DNA of 64,000 bases from Candidatus Latescibacterota bacterium. Its GTDB lineage: Bacteria; Latescibacterota; UBA2968; GCA-2709665. The position numbers and the translations under genes were made by a program. The DNA is taken from NCBI GenBank assembly GCA_965208835.1, contig OZ242358.1, positions 3,040,001 to 3,104,000 of the forward strand, written 5' to 3'. The notes beneath the pieces are model-generated. The model saw only the letters and a program-made list of their open reading frames with translations, was not told where the DNA came from and made no database searches. Shown one piece after another: positions 1-9,438 of this stretch (position 1 is the first letter of the stretch; each line of letters opens with the position of its first letter).

Positions 1-2355
1 GCTTATGCCGGCATCGGCCACCAGTCGCGCCACAAGGTAAATGGCAACCTCACTCCCATCGGCACCGGAATGGAGATCACTTCCACACCTGCCAGTGGGG
101 ACAGCACCTACCGCTACGGGGAGACCATCACCGTTGGCCTCACCTTCAGCGCGGCGGTGGATGTCGACGGGACGGTTCTGTTGAACGCTCGAGTAGGAAC
201 CGGTGACAGCACCTGGCGCGGGGTCAGGTACCAGGAGGGCTCCGGTACCCGAACCCTGGTCTTCGGCTACACCGTGCAGTCGAGAGACCTGGATACCGAC
301 GGATTCAGGGTGGAGGGAAGCTACGTCCAGGACGGTGTCCGCCGCGGTTTCGGCGGCAGCGGCACCGTAAAGGTCAAGGGCTCGGACACCGACGTCGTCC
401 CACCGAACTTCTCCGGCCTGTCGGACCAGTCCGGGCACAAGCTGGACGGCCGGCCATACGCCAGAACGATCTCCATCACCTCCACCCCCACGGCCAGCAG
501 CGATACCTACGGCAAGGGTGACACAATCCAGGTCAGCATCGACTTCGGCCAGGCAGTGGACGCCGCGGACACTGTATTCGCCATCATCAGGATGGGTTCG
601 GTCTGGAACCAGCGGCATCCCCCCGTCGTTTCGGGCAGCGGCACCGACACACTGCGGTTCGAGTACGAGGTCGTGGAAGGGGACCGGGACAGCAACGGGA
701 TCGACGCCTTCCTCCCCCACGGCCTGGGCATCAGGGCTGCGGGCACCGACATCGCCTACGTGCCCAACCCGGGCGGCGAGACGCCTTCCATGGGCGAAGA
801 CCCGGCCCACAAGGTGGACGGCAGGCTCATAGGAAACGACACCCGGGCGCCCACCATCTCTTCGATAACCTTCACCGACAGTCCGGGTCCGGGTGCGGAT
901 TCCACCTACGTCGCCGGCGACTACATCGGGGTCTGGGTGACTTTCAGCGAAAGCGTGCTCGCCACAGGTACGCCCCAGGTGGAGCTCGACATCGGCGGCA
1001 CGGCGAGGATGGCCGAGTTCGGAAAACTGTCCGGCGGAAGGACGATCGATCCAAAGGTCCAGAGCGTCGCCAATGCCACGGTGATCTTCGGCTACACCGT
1101 GCAGGAAGGGGACGTCGACAGCGACGGCATCTCTATCGGCGAGAACAAGGTGTCTCTGAACGGCGGCACCATCAAAGACGGGGCCAACAACGCCGCGGTG
1201 CTGACTCACAGCGCCGTGGCGACCGACCCGGGACACAAAGTGGACGCCCGGGACGATACAGCGCCGACGATATCTTCGGTGGCGATTACCTCCAACGCCG
1301 GGGACGACTCCACCTACGCCATCGGCGACAGCGTCCGGGTGACAGTGACCTTCAGCGAGGACGTGACGGTGAACGTGGGCGGCACCCTGCAGTTGCTGGT
1401 CGAGCTGGATGTCGGCGGCACCGCCAGGAACGCGGACTACCACAGCAGCGATTCATCGGCTGTCGTCTTCAACTACACAGTGTGGTCGGGCGACACGGCG
1501 GAGTCGGGCGACTCCGATTCAGACGGCATTGCCATCGGCGCGGACAAGATCAGCCTGGACGACGCCACCATCCGGGACGAGGCGGACAACGACGCGACCC
1601 TGACTCACGATGCGGTGGCCGCCGATGCCGCTCACAAGGTGGACGGCATCCGGCCGATTTTCTCAAGCGCCGCGACCTCCACGGACGGCACGACACTCTC
1701 CGTGACTTTCAGTGAAAACGTCACCATACCCGCCCTGCTCCGATCCATCAGCACGATGGTGAACGTCGCTCTCGACCGTTTCTTCATTGCGGTCTTGGGC
1801 GTTACGGTGGACGATGACGAGGTGGTCCCCACCGCGGCCAGCCTTTCCGGGACCAACCTGACGATGACCCTAGGTGATACGGTCGCAACGGGCCAGGAGG
1901 TGAATGTTGCCTACAACAACATCTTCGCGCGCGACGCAGTGGGCATCTTCATCGACGGCGCCGGCAACGCGCTCCAGAACTTTTCCAGCCAGGACGTCAC
2001 CAACAATTCCACGGTGGCCGACTCCGGCGGGGACGACCTGCCGGAGCTGACGCTGAGCAAGACAGAGACGCCGGTCACCGAGGGGGCCAGCGCCACCTAC
2101 ACGATCGCGCTGGGAACCCAGCCCACGGCGGACGTGACCGTGACCATCGCGAGTTCTTCGACCAAGCTGACGGTCGATCCCGAGGACCCCACCTTTACCA
2201 CCGATAACTGGAACACGGCGCAGACGGTGACCCTTACGGCCGGACAGGACGACGACGACCTGAACTATTGGGTGAGCGTATCCAACTCGGCCAGTGGCGG
2301 CGGGTACGACGGGGCGTCCGCCAATGTGTACGTGGTCATTCACGACAACGACTGA
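1..2355 (+). CDS. Large repetitive cell-surface/adhesin-like protein, 5'-truncated by the window edge: about four ~130-aa Ig-like repeats, a SwmB-like domain and a C-terminal Calx-beta-like domain
   Basis: Frame is open from base 1 (AYAGIGHQSRHKVNG...). Repeated unit ITSxP...TY..G(E/D)xIxV.(L/V)TFS..V...F.YTV..GD.DSDG...HKVDG. Acidic, Thr/Ser/Gly-rich. C-terminal TEGASATYTIAL...FTTDNWNTAQTVTLTA is typical of Calx-beta-like domains. Confidence 0.75.
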   Translation, partial: AYAGIGHQSRHKVNGNLTPIGTGMEITSTPASGDSTYRYGETITVGLTFSAAVDVDGTVLLNARVGTGDSTWRGVRYQEGSGTRTLVFGYTVQSRDLDTDGFRVEGSYVQDGVRRGFGGSGTVKVKGSDTDVVPPNFSGLSDQSGHKLDGRPYARTISITSTPTASSDTYGKGDTIQVSIDFGQAVDAADTVFAIIRMGSVWNQRHPPVVSGSGTDTLRFEYEVVEGDRDSNGIDAFLPHGLGIRAAGTDIAYVPNPGGETPSMGEDPAHKVDGRLIGNDTRAPTISSITFTDSPGPGADSTYVAGDYIGVWVTFSESVLATGTPQVELDIGGTARMAEFGKLSGGRTIDPKVQSVANATVIFGYTVQEGDVDSDGISIGENKVSLNGGTIKDGANNAAVLTHSAVATDPGHKVDARDDTAPTISSVAITSNAGDDSTYAIGDSVRVTVTFSEDVTVNVGGTLQLLVELDVGGTARNADYHSSDSSAVVFNYTVWSGDTAESGDSDSDGIAIGADKISLDDATIRDEADNDATLTHDAVAADAAHKVDGIRPIFSSAATSTDGTTLSVTFSENVTIPALLRSISTMVNVALDRFFIAVLGVTVDDDEVVPTAASLSGTNLTMTLGDTVATGQEVNVAYNNIFARDAVGIFIDGAGNALQNFSSQDVTNNSTVADSGGDDLPELTLSKTETPVTEGASATYTIALGTQPTADVTVTIASSSTKLTVDPEDPTFTTDNWNTAQTVTLTAGQDDDDLNYWVSVSNSASGGGYDGASANVYVVIHDND

Positions 2356-2418
2356 GCGGTGTGGCCCGATGTCGATGGCGCCGGCATTTCACGGAGGCAA
2401 CCCACCCAAGGCTGCAAC

Positions 2419-3669
2419 ATGAAACGATCGATAATCCTCTTAACCGTGATGATTCCGCTTTCCCTGTGGGCAGACTCTGACACGCCTGCTCCGCTGGATA
2501 CGTGGCAGTTGGTGGAAAACAGCCTGAGGTTAAACGTCCAGGCCATCATCTTTCAGGGAGATGGGGAGGAAGTCGTTCCTGCTTCGCCCTTCATCACACT
2601 TGAACTGTTTAAGGGCAACTTCTATAAACTGTCCATCATCTCACGGGCGGACGAGGGATACCGGTTTCCGAATTTTCTTCCGGGACCGCCCGTTCACACT
2701 TCCTCGCCTTCCGCGAGGGCTACGGCCGGGTTCGGCTATTACACCATCCATTCCGATACACTTCGCTTTAATGCCCATTACGTGAAGCTTTTCGCAGACG
2801 GCGAGGACCTGGAGGAAATTGTCAGGGAGTCCAATGACGCGAGGGCGATCAACGAATACAGGATCGTGATTTCCTTCGTCAATGGGTTTTTTCTGGAACT
2901 CTTCAATGAACTTTACGCCTTTCGCTCTGGTGACCGGCTGGTCTTTGCGCTGCCACGTGACAGCGCCTTTGCGGCTGCGGCGCCGGATGCCGAAGACGGT
3001 ATCGTGTGGGCACTGCGCAGGTCTGGCGGGCCTCCGTCGACGTCCACAACCGTTGTGGAGGCCACCGTGGTCGGCAACCGGGTGGAGGGCCTCACGGTGG
3101 AGTTCGCGCGGTCGATCTCAGGTCTTGCGGCGCACTATGCCTGGCGGGGAGTCACCGACGAAAGCGGCCGGGTAGACCTGGACATCTCCACCCTTGACCG
3201 GTCCGGCGTCACCGGCTACTACAGCGCGCGGGTCCTCAACGGTACGGGTACGATTCTGGGACAGTGGTACAGCATACCCCTCAATGAGGATCGCCGCCAG
3301 GTCCTGGAACTGACGCCGGGCGAGAGCGCGCGGGTGGTGGAGAGCCACGCTCTGAACGCGGCGAAGATCGTCGCGCTTGGGAGCGAGCAACCTGAAGCCG
3401 GTCTGGCGCCCAACTTTCCAAACCCGTTCAATAGCAGCACGCTGATTGTCTACCAGTTGGCGGACCCCGGTCCGGTGCGGCTGGAGATCTTCAATTCTCT
3501 TGGACAACACCTGCGCACGCTGGTAGCCGACACCCAGGCCGCAGGCCGGTACGTCGTCCAATGGGACGCGCGGGACCGGCGCGGCGATGACGTGGCCGCG
3601 GGCGTCTATCTGATGCGCCTGCTCCATCCGGGAGGCGTGGACGCCCGGCGTATGCTGTATCTCAAGTAA
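2419..3669 (+). CDS. Secreted protein with C-terminal FlgD-Ig/T9SS-type-A-like sorting domain
   Basis: Signal peptide MKRSIILLTVMIPLSLWA (ATG 2419 preferred over GTG 2359). C-terminal NFPNPFNSSTLIVYQL...LEIFNSLGQ...WDARD...AAGVYLMRL...RRMLYLK. Confidence 0.8.
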   Translation: MKRSIILLTVMIPLSLWADSDTPAPLDTWQLVENSLRLNVQAIIFQGDGEEVVPASPFITLELFKGNFYKLSIISRADEGYRFPNFLPGPPVHTSSPSARATAGFGYYTIHSDTLRFNAHYVKLFADGEDLEEIVRESNDARAINEYRIVISFVNGFFLELFNELYAFRSGDRLVFALPRDSAFAAAAPDAEDGIVWALRRSGGPPSTSTTVVEATVVGNRVEGLTVEFARSISGLAAHYAWRGVTDESGRVDLDISTLDRSGVTGYYSARVLNGTGTILGQWYSIPLNEDRRQVLELTPGESARVVESHALNAAKIVALGSEQPEAGLAPNFPNPFNSSTLIVYQLADPGPVRLEIFNSLGQHLRTLVADTQAAGRYVVQWDARDRRGDDVAAGVYLMRLLHPGGVDARRMLYLK

Positions 3670-3738
3670 CGTTCTTGATTTGTCTTCCTGCAAAGGAATG
3701 AAACACGTAGTCCAAACAACCGACCCAGGACTGGAGGT

Positions 3739-4503
3739 ATGACAATGAAATACGCGCTGTCTTTAGCCATCGTCGCGATGATGTGCCTGGCATCAAGCGT
3801 CGCGGCGGACGAGGATCCCTTCGAGGGTCAGGTGGTCAGTCTGAAGGCCCTTCCGATTCAGAAAGCGCAGGTCGTGCTTTACAGGCTCGACGACCCGCGC
3901 CAGCGGTTGACGACTTTAACCGACGAAAATGGGGCCTTCACGCTACCGTTGCGAGATCTTGTCCCGGAAGTGCCCAACACCCTGCTGCAAAACCACCCCA
4001 ATCCGTTCAACCCCTCCACCCTCATTCCCTTTCAATTATCGGAGCGAGGGCACGTGCGCATGGACGTATACAATATCCTCGGTCAGCGTGTGGTCACGCT
4101 GATCGACGAGAAGCGCCCGGCCGGGCTCCACAGAGTGCAGTGGGACGGCACCGATAGGCTCGGCAGGGGCGTTAGCGCCGGGGTCTACATCTACCGGCTC
4201 AGTACGGGGGACTGGCACGACGCGCGCAAGCTGATGCTGCTCGATGGCGCGTCAGGACCTGCAGGCGGCGGTGCCGTGAGTTTCTCGGAAGAGGAAGCGC
4301 GCGCGACGTACGGCGTGAAGATCTCGGGCGAGGAAATCATTCCTGAGACCTTCACGTGGAGCCCGGATGCGGGTCCACTGACGGCGGAGGTGAAAAGCAT
4401 CGAAGACATCCTGCCGCCAGAAGGCGAGGACTCCGAACAGGAAGCCAATCCCTTCTCGAAAACCAGCCTCGCCTCCATAATCCAGGTTGTTTCCGGGCAC
4501 TGA
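3739..4503 (+). CDS. Secreted protein with an internal FlgD/T9SS-like domain embedded in a carboxypeptidase-regulatory-like module; possibly C-terminally truncated
   Basis: GGAGG RBS, signal peptide, then LLQNHPNPFNPSTLIPFQL...YNILGQ...WDGTD...SAGVYIYRL...RKLMLLDG followed by about 85 further residues. Confidence 0.7.
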   Translation: MTMKYALSLAIVAMMCLASSVAADEDPFEGQVVSLKALPIQKAQVVLYRLDDPRQRLTTLTDENGAFTLPLRDLVPEVPNTLLQNHPNPFNPSTLIPFQLSERGHVRMDVYNILGQRVVTLIDEKRPAGLHRVQWDGTDRLGRGVSAGVYIYRLSTGDWHDARKLMLLDGASGPAGGGAVSFSEEEARATYGVKISGEEIIPETFTWSPDAGPLTAEVKSIEDILPPEGEDSEQEANPFSKTSLASIIQVVSGH

Positions 4504-4554
4504 AATCCGATAACTATCCGGTCTATGGTCCCGTGAGGATATGTGGCCCGACCA

Positions 4555-4597
4555 AAAGAGTAACGGCGCGGTCTTGTGTACCGCGCCGTTACTCTTT
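4555..4597 (+). terminator. Perfect 18-bp inverted repeat, probable intrinsic (bidirectional) terminator
   Basis: aaagagtaacggcgcggt-cttgtgt-accgcgccgttactcttt, directly after the 3739-4503 gene. Confidence 0.75.
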
Positions 4598-4819
4598 GCC
4601 GGGCCCAGATGGCCTTTGGGATATGGTTAACTGGATTTTTTTCATCACATGCGGACAGCATGTCGATTCATTCGTTACGTAAATCCCTGCGATGACCTGC
4701 AAGACGTCCTGCTTCCATCAATTATTGACAAAGCCCTGAATTCGCGCATCCTGTCTGCAACGCACGAGAGTGACGGCGTCTGTTGCGTCAGGCACAATTC
4801 AGGTGCGCAGCGTTTTGGG

Positions 4820-4849
4820 TTGACAATTTGCATTCAAAATGCATATTTT
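4820..4849 (+). promoter_or_regulatory. Sigma70-like promoter with a palindromic operator in the spacer
   Basis: TTGACA (4820-4825), 18 bp, TATTTT (4844-4849). Inverted repeat tgcatt-caa-aatgca at 4829-4843. ATG follows at 4856. Confidence 0.5.
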
Positions 4850-4855
4850 CCAGTA

Positions 4856-6079
4856 ATGGCCCAACACTACATCAAACGATCTCTTGAACCTGTCCTCAGA
4901 AAGGCGGCCGGCGAGTTCCCGGCCGTCATCCTGACCGGTCCGCGCCAATCCGGTAAGACAACACTCCTTAAACGATTGTTCGGCCGTCAGTTTCGCTACG
5001 TATCCATAGAGCCCCCGGATGTTCGAGCGGCTGCTATCGAAGATCCGCGAGGATTCCTGGAGTTGCATCCACCACCGGTCATTTTTGACGAGGTGCATTA
5101 CGCGCCCGATCTCCTTCCCTACATCAAGGAGAAGATTGACGCATACCGCAACCGGCACGGTCAATATTTATTGACCGGCTCGCAGAATCTCCTGCTCGCC
5201 CAGAAGGTCACCGAGTCGCTTGCAGGCCGCACTGCCGTTCTTCGCCTGCTGCCGCTGTCGATGCGTGAATCCGAAGGCCGTCCTCAGACTCCCTTCGTCT
5301 GGGAACGCGATAGCCAGTCTTCCGCGAGTCCGACTTCCGGTTTCGGCGAACTGTGGCGGGACTTCCTTCAAGGCGGCTATCCGGAACTCGCGAACCAGCC
5401 TCATCGGGACGTCTCCCTCTGGCATTCCAGCTACATACAGACCTATCTCGAGCGGGACGTGCGCACGCTGCGGCAGGTCGGGGACCTGACTCAGTACCAG
5501 AATTTCCTTCGCGTACTGGCGGCCCGAAGCGCCCAACTCCTGAACCTTGCCGATGTCGCACGCGACCTCGGGGTTGCCGTCAATACGGTCAAAGCCTGGC
5601 TGTCCGTACTCGAAGCCACCTATCAGGTCATCGTCCTTCGACCGTACCACGCCAACATCGGGAAACGGCTGGTCAAATCACCGAAAGTCTATTTCAGCGA
5701 CGTCGGGACACTCTGCTACCTGGTAGGTCTAAAGGACCCGAACCATGCTGCATCGGGGCCCATGGGCGGCGCGGTATTGGAGACGGCGGTTCTGTCAGAA
5801 ATCGTTCGGACGTTGACCCACCGTGGAATAGACCCGCGGGTGTATTTCTGGCGTACCCTGGCGGGAACCGAAATCGATTTCGTGGTCGAAGCAGGCGAAG
5901 GGCTCGTCCCCATAGAAGTAAAGCTGTCCGCCACGCCCCGTCCGGCTATGGCCGCCTCCATCAGGAGGTTCCAGGACGATATGAAGGGAAGCGCCGAACG
6001 CGGATACGTCGTACACCCGGGAGACATCCGCCTACCACTTGCGCCGGATGTTACCGCTATTCCCTTAACCGATCTCTAA
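4856..6079 (+). CDS. AAA+ ATPase (AAA_14) with C-terminal DUF4143 PD-(D/E)xK-like domain
   Basis: Walker A GPRQSGKTT, Walker B IFDEVH, LTGS, ESLAGR, GGYPE, TYLERD, KSPKVYFSDVG, EIDFVV...IEVK. Confidence 0.9.
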   Translation: MAQHYIKRSLEPVLRKAAGEFPAVILTGPRQSGKTTLLKRLFGRQFRYVSIEPPDVRAAAIEDPRGFLELHPPPVIFDEVHYAPDLLPYIKEKIDAYRNRHGQYLLTGSQNLLLAQKVTESLAGRTAVLRLLPLSMRESEGRPQTPFVWERDSQSSASPTSGFGELWRDFLQGGYPELANQPHRDVSLWHSSYIQTYLERDVRTLRQVGDLTQYQNFLRVLAARSAQLLNLADVARDLGVAVNTVKAWLSVLEATYQVIVLRPYHANIGKRLVKSPKVYFSDVGTLCYLVGLKDPNHAASGPMGGAVLETAVLSEIVRTLTHRGIDPRVYFWRTLAGTEIDFVVEAGEGLVPIEVKLSATPRPAMAASIRRFQDDMKGSAERGYVVHPGDIRLPLAPDVTAIPLTDL

Positions 6080-6111
6080 AGCGACATCAATCAGATGTCC
6101 CCATCGGTCGG

Positions 6112-7626
6112 TCAAAGATTCGCCGTTTGCGCAATGGCTTCCACGAATTCAGGGGCTTCGATATCTTCGAATCTCTTTTCGATGATTGAGACCGCGCCGG
6201 TTTTCTGCCAGGTCTCCCAATGAATCCGGAGGGCCGCGTGCACGTTTTCGGCGAGGTGTTCAGGATCCGGGTGAACGATCACGAACCTGCGTCCCTCCCT
6301 TCCGGCATGCCAATCGATCAGCTCATTATTGACGCCCCTGTCACCAAAGCCGTAGCCGCAAACGACCATTGTGTTCGCATTCCCAATGGTCGATCTGAAG
6401 CAATGCCGGAGTTCGCGAAATATCCCTGAACCATAGTCCGAAAGTTTGTTAAAAGCGCCGACCAGCAGCATCCTCGGGACATCTTCCGCGTACAGAAAGG
6501 CGCCGTCAACCTCGATGCGTTGGGGATATAGATTTGGCGGAATGCGTCTGACTCTCCCGTCCCTGTAGCGGTACCAGTCTATGGATCCATGCAATTTCAG
6601 GAATGGAATCTTCACCTCCGAAGTGAGATCGCCGTTCCAGTGTGAAATGTCATCCTCGCCGCCCGAGAATCCGTCGGCGAGCGCAACATTCCGGTCCTTC
6701 AAGAAAGCCTCGACGTGGGTGTCGTGACAAAGCGTCGATATACTGGTTACGTTGAAGGCCTTGCAGGCGTATTCGACGGCATTCACCTGGCGGATGCGGT
6801 CCGGTTCGGGACGATAGAGCAGAAGGCTTCGCCTGACGACGTCCGCTATGTAGTTGCACGTTTCCCACAGTAAGCCACCCAGGTCGTCCGGAACAACCGG
6901 TTCGGGTGAATGTACCCCGGCTTCGCTTCTATCCTCTACGGTATCGGTGAGCGACAGCCAGTCGTCTCTCAACCTTTCCACAAACCGGCGAAGCGCCGGA
7001 TTCTCTGTTTCACCCAACTCATAATCCAATGCCTGCCGCGCCAGGAAGTAAATGTCCTCGTAATCGGCCTTCCTGTCGGTGTGTGTGGACAGGTAAGTCT
7101 CAGCCTCTTCATGAAGTCGCTTCACCATGCTCAGGGGTAACCTTACTTCCGCAGATTTCGGTTCTTCTCCGCCGGTTATGTAGAAACACCCGTCGCCGTG
7201 CCGCGTAACGCCCCGCCCGCCAACAACCTGCTCGGTCAGGTCTTGCATGGACGGAAAGCCAGCCGCTTCCGACGCGCCGGCGCCCAGAAATACGGCGATG
7301 TTGGTATTCCCGTAAACACCATGTCCTTCCCACAACGTAGGCTGAGGCTGATAGCGCTCCACCTCGATGCGGTCTTCCTGCTCCCGGGCCTGCAGGAGAT
7401 CGTAGGCCGTCTGCCGGCGCAACCAGTACTCGGCATCGGACCATCCGGCCTTCTCCAAACGAATCGCCATCTCGGGCGAGATGCCCGCGTGCCCGTTGAG
7501 CACCCGGGACAGGGTGTGACGTGCCACGCCCAACACCCTCGCGGCGTCGGTGACGTTCAAACAGAGCGGGTCGAGCCAGTTCTCGACAATGCTGAAACCG
7601 GGATGAGTCGGTTTCTCCATAGCCAT
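6112..7626 (-). CDS. In-frame fusion of a HigA-family (VapI-like) HTH antitoxin (aa 1-98) and a SIR2-like (SIR2_2) domain
   Basis: N-terminus: HPG...[52 protein letters not shown] (HigA). C-terminus: [39 protein letters not shown] (SIR2). Confidence 0.85.
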   Translation of the reverse strand: MAMEKPTHPGFSIVENWLDPLCLNVTDAARVLGVARHTLSRVLNGHAGISPEMAIRLEKAGWSDAEYWLRRQTAYDLLQAREQEDRIEVERYQPQPTLWEGHGVYGNTNIAVFLGAGASEAAGFPSMQDLTEQVVGGRGVTRHGDGCFYITGGEEPKSAEVRLPLSMVKRLHEEAETYLSTHTDRKADYEDIYFLARQALDYELGETENPALRRFVERLRDDWLSLTDTVEDRSEAGVHSPEPVVPDDLGGLLWETCNYIADVVRRSLLLYRPEPDRIRQVNAVEYACKAFNVTSISTLCHDTHVEAFLKDRNVALADGFSGGEDDISHWNGDLTSEVKIPFLKLHGSIDWYRYRDGRVRRIPPNLYPQRIEVDGAFLYAEDVPRMLLVGAFNKLSDYGSGIFRELRHCFRSTIGNANTMVVCGYGFGDRGVNNELIDWHAGREGRRFVIVHPDPEHLAENVHAALRIHWETWQKTGAVSIIEKRFEDIEAPEFVEAIAQTANL

Positions 7627-8093
7627 GATATTTACCCCGTGTGGGTTGTAACAATACAGCTCGACGCCGTACGCCGCGCTTCAAGCGAAAATTCCGTTCA
7701 ATTCTTAGGTCGACTGATTCACAGCAAGTTACAATCCCGAGGGCTCGGGCCGGGGAGTGACTTCGAAGAGATTCGTCCGAGGGAGGGCGTCGTGCAGGGC
7801 ATCTCCGGGCGAAGATTTCCCGGAATATGCGTGTTCTCGCGGACATAAGCGACCGCGTTGATGGAAAACGTTACACCTCAATGAATGTATCGCGTACCGG
7901 TACGCATGTCAAGTTGTTTATCGCCGATGGTTATGGATTTACATCCCTAAGGCCAATCCACGGTTGGTGTAGACTGCGAATTATTCATTTTGTCTCGTGC
8001 TGCGTTTTGGGTATCTTGGTCAGGGAGCGCAGCGAAATCATCGAATTTGGTGTGTACCGTGGCACTTCGGACCGTACATTAAAAAACGCCTGA

Positions 8094-8345
8094 ATGACAC
8101 GCCCGACTCAGCTCCGACGGCAGATTCTGGAAGGTGGATCGGATGCGAACATCCGATTCGACAACTTGCGCTCGTTACTAGGTAGGCTGGGGTTCGCTGA
8201 ACGAATACGAGGAGCCCATCACATATTCAGAAGAGAAGGTGTCGTTGAACGACTGAACCTGCAACGCGATGGAAGTCACGCGAAGCCTTATCAGGTCCGA
8301 CAGGTTCGGTCCGTTATCGTGAAATATGGCCTGAGGGAAACCTGA
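8094..8345 (+). CDS. hicA: Type II TA toxin, HicA family
   Basis: 83 aa with NIRF..L..LL..LGF.ERIRGAHHIF...LNLQ..G..AKPYQVRQV; directly upstream of hicB. Confidence 0.9.
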   Translation: MTRPTQLRRQILEGGSDANIRFDNLRSLLGRLGFAERIRGAHHIFRREGVVERLNLQRDGSHAKPYQVRQVRSVIVKYGLRET

Positions 8346-8347
8346 CA

Positions 8348-8560
8348 ATGTACAAGTACGAGATCATCCTGTATTGGAGCAACACCGACAACGCCTATGT
8401 GGCTGAAGTTCCTGAACTGCCCGGATGCATGGCCCACGGACAGACCCAGGAAGCCACGCTCGTACATGTCAACGAGGCGATCGAATTGTGGATTGACACT
8501 GCTCGGGAGTTTGGCGATCCAATACCTGAACCAAAAGGCGAACGACTGATGCTCGCATAG
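8348..8560 (+). CDS. hicB: Type II TA antitoxin, HicB family
   Basis: YEIILYWS..D.AYVAEVPELPGCMAHG.TQE..L....EAIELWI.TA.E.GDPIPEPKG. Confidence 0.9.
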   Translation: MYKYEIILYWSNTDNAYVAEVPELPGCMAHGQTQEATLVHVNEAIELWIDTAREFGDPIPEPKGERLMLA

Positions 8561-8721
8561 CGGTCATTCTCAAGATCGATCCCCGTCCTCCATCTTGGCG
8601 GTAAGGTCGAATACGCTTCCTGCTATATTCGGCATTCAAGTTCCCAGACTGCACCTCGGAATTTGGTGATCGGCTGATCAAATTACGTTTCTGCTCGACG
8701 AAAACTCCATCCAATAGACAT

Positions 8722-8753
8722 AAGACCCCGTTGGAACATTCCATCGGGGTCTT
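8722..8753. repeat. Palindromic hairpin (terminator or REP-like), related to the copy at 9382-9411
   Basis: aagaccccg-t-tggaa-ca-ttcca-t-cggggtctt. Shares agaccccg and ccatcggggt with 9382-9411. Confidence 0.6.
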
Positions 8754-8834
8754 TCTTGTAAATGCACTATTGAGGTGTAGTGTCGATGGTGATTGCTCCA
8801 AAGTCGTATCGATCCCCGAGTTCGAATACGCGAT

Positions 8835-9226
8835 TCACAGCAGCGTCACACCGTCGACCCGCGCCGCCATTTTGTCGAAGGTGTAGAGCGGATGCCTCCG
8901 GACCGCGCGGCCGCTGCCAGGATCATCAGATCGGAGCATCCGGCGCCGGACGCACGATACCGCAACGCCGCGCGAGCCACGTCGCCGGCCTCTTCAATGA
9001 CCAGGCCTTCAGTTGCCACAAGCTCCAACAATGCCTTCGAAATCCGGACGGGTGAGAATCCGTATGCCCGTTCCAGCACCAACGCAAATTCGACGATTAC
9101 CTCGCGGCAAACGAATCCTGGACGCTCCAGTGTAAGTGCCTCCAGCAGCTCGCGGGCCGCCTCGGCCTGTTGCTCGTCATCGCGCACCAGAACGCGAACG
9201 AGCACATTGGTATCAAGACCGATCAA
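8835..9226 (-). pseudogene. vapC: VapC/PIN-domain toxin with a frameshift near the C-terminus
   Basis: MIGLDTNVLVR...E...E...DL is a PIN domain. The expected tail LYTFDKMAARVDGVTLL* (stop at 8835) lies in a different frame after ~8890; the called ORF instead ends STPSTKWRRGSTV. Confidence 0.75.
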
Positions 9227-9438
9227 TTGCCGGTTGCTCCGTCTGATACCGCCCGCTCCATTTCCTCGACGGTCACGACGGCGACATGATGCTCAAGCAG
9301 GCCAAATAGCCGACTGATTGGCCGCAGGGGCAAGAGTCTCACGTCGCCGTCGGTAATGACGTACTGCGGACCAGATACACCAGACCCCGACGGGTGATCC
9401 CATCGGGGTTTATTCATCGCTTCAGAAGAAGCAGACAA
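9223..9438 (-). pseudogene. AbrB/MazE-like (VapB) antitoxin, N-terminal DNA-binding part missing
   Basis: The C-terminal half YVITDGDVRLLPLRPISRLFGLL....VTVEEMERAV resembles AbrB-type antitoxins. The TITxKGQ start is absent and replaced by a hairpin-containing segment. Overlaps the vapC start. Confidence 0.55.

Noticed and set aside
1-1650. Recurrent nucleotide similarity as a possible CRISPR or tandem array
   Set aside because: These are diverged ~390-bp protein-coding domain repeats, with no identical 25-45-bp repeats separated by spacers. No CRISPR array or cas gene was seen in the window.
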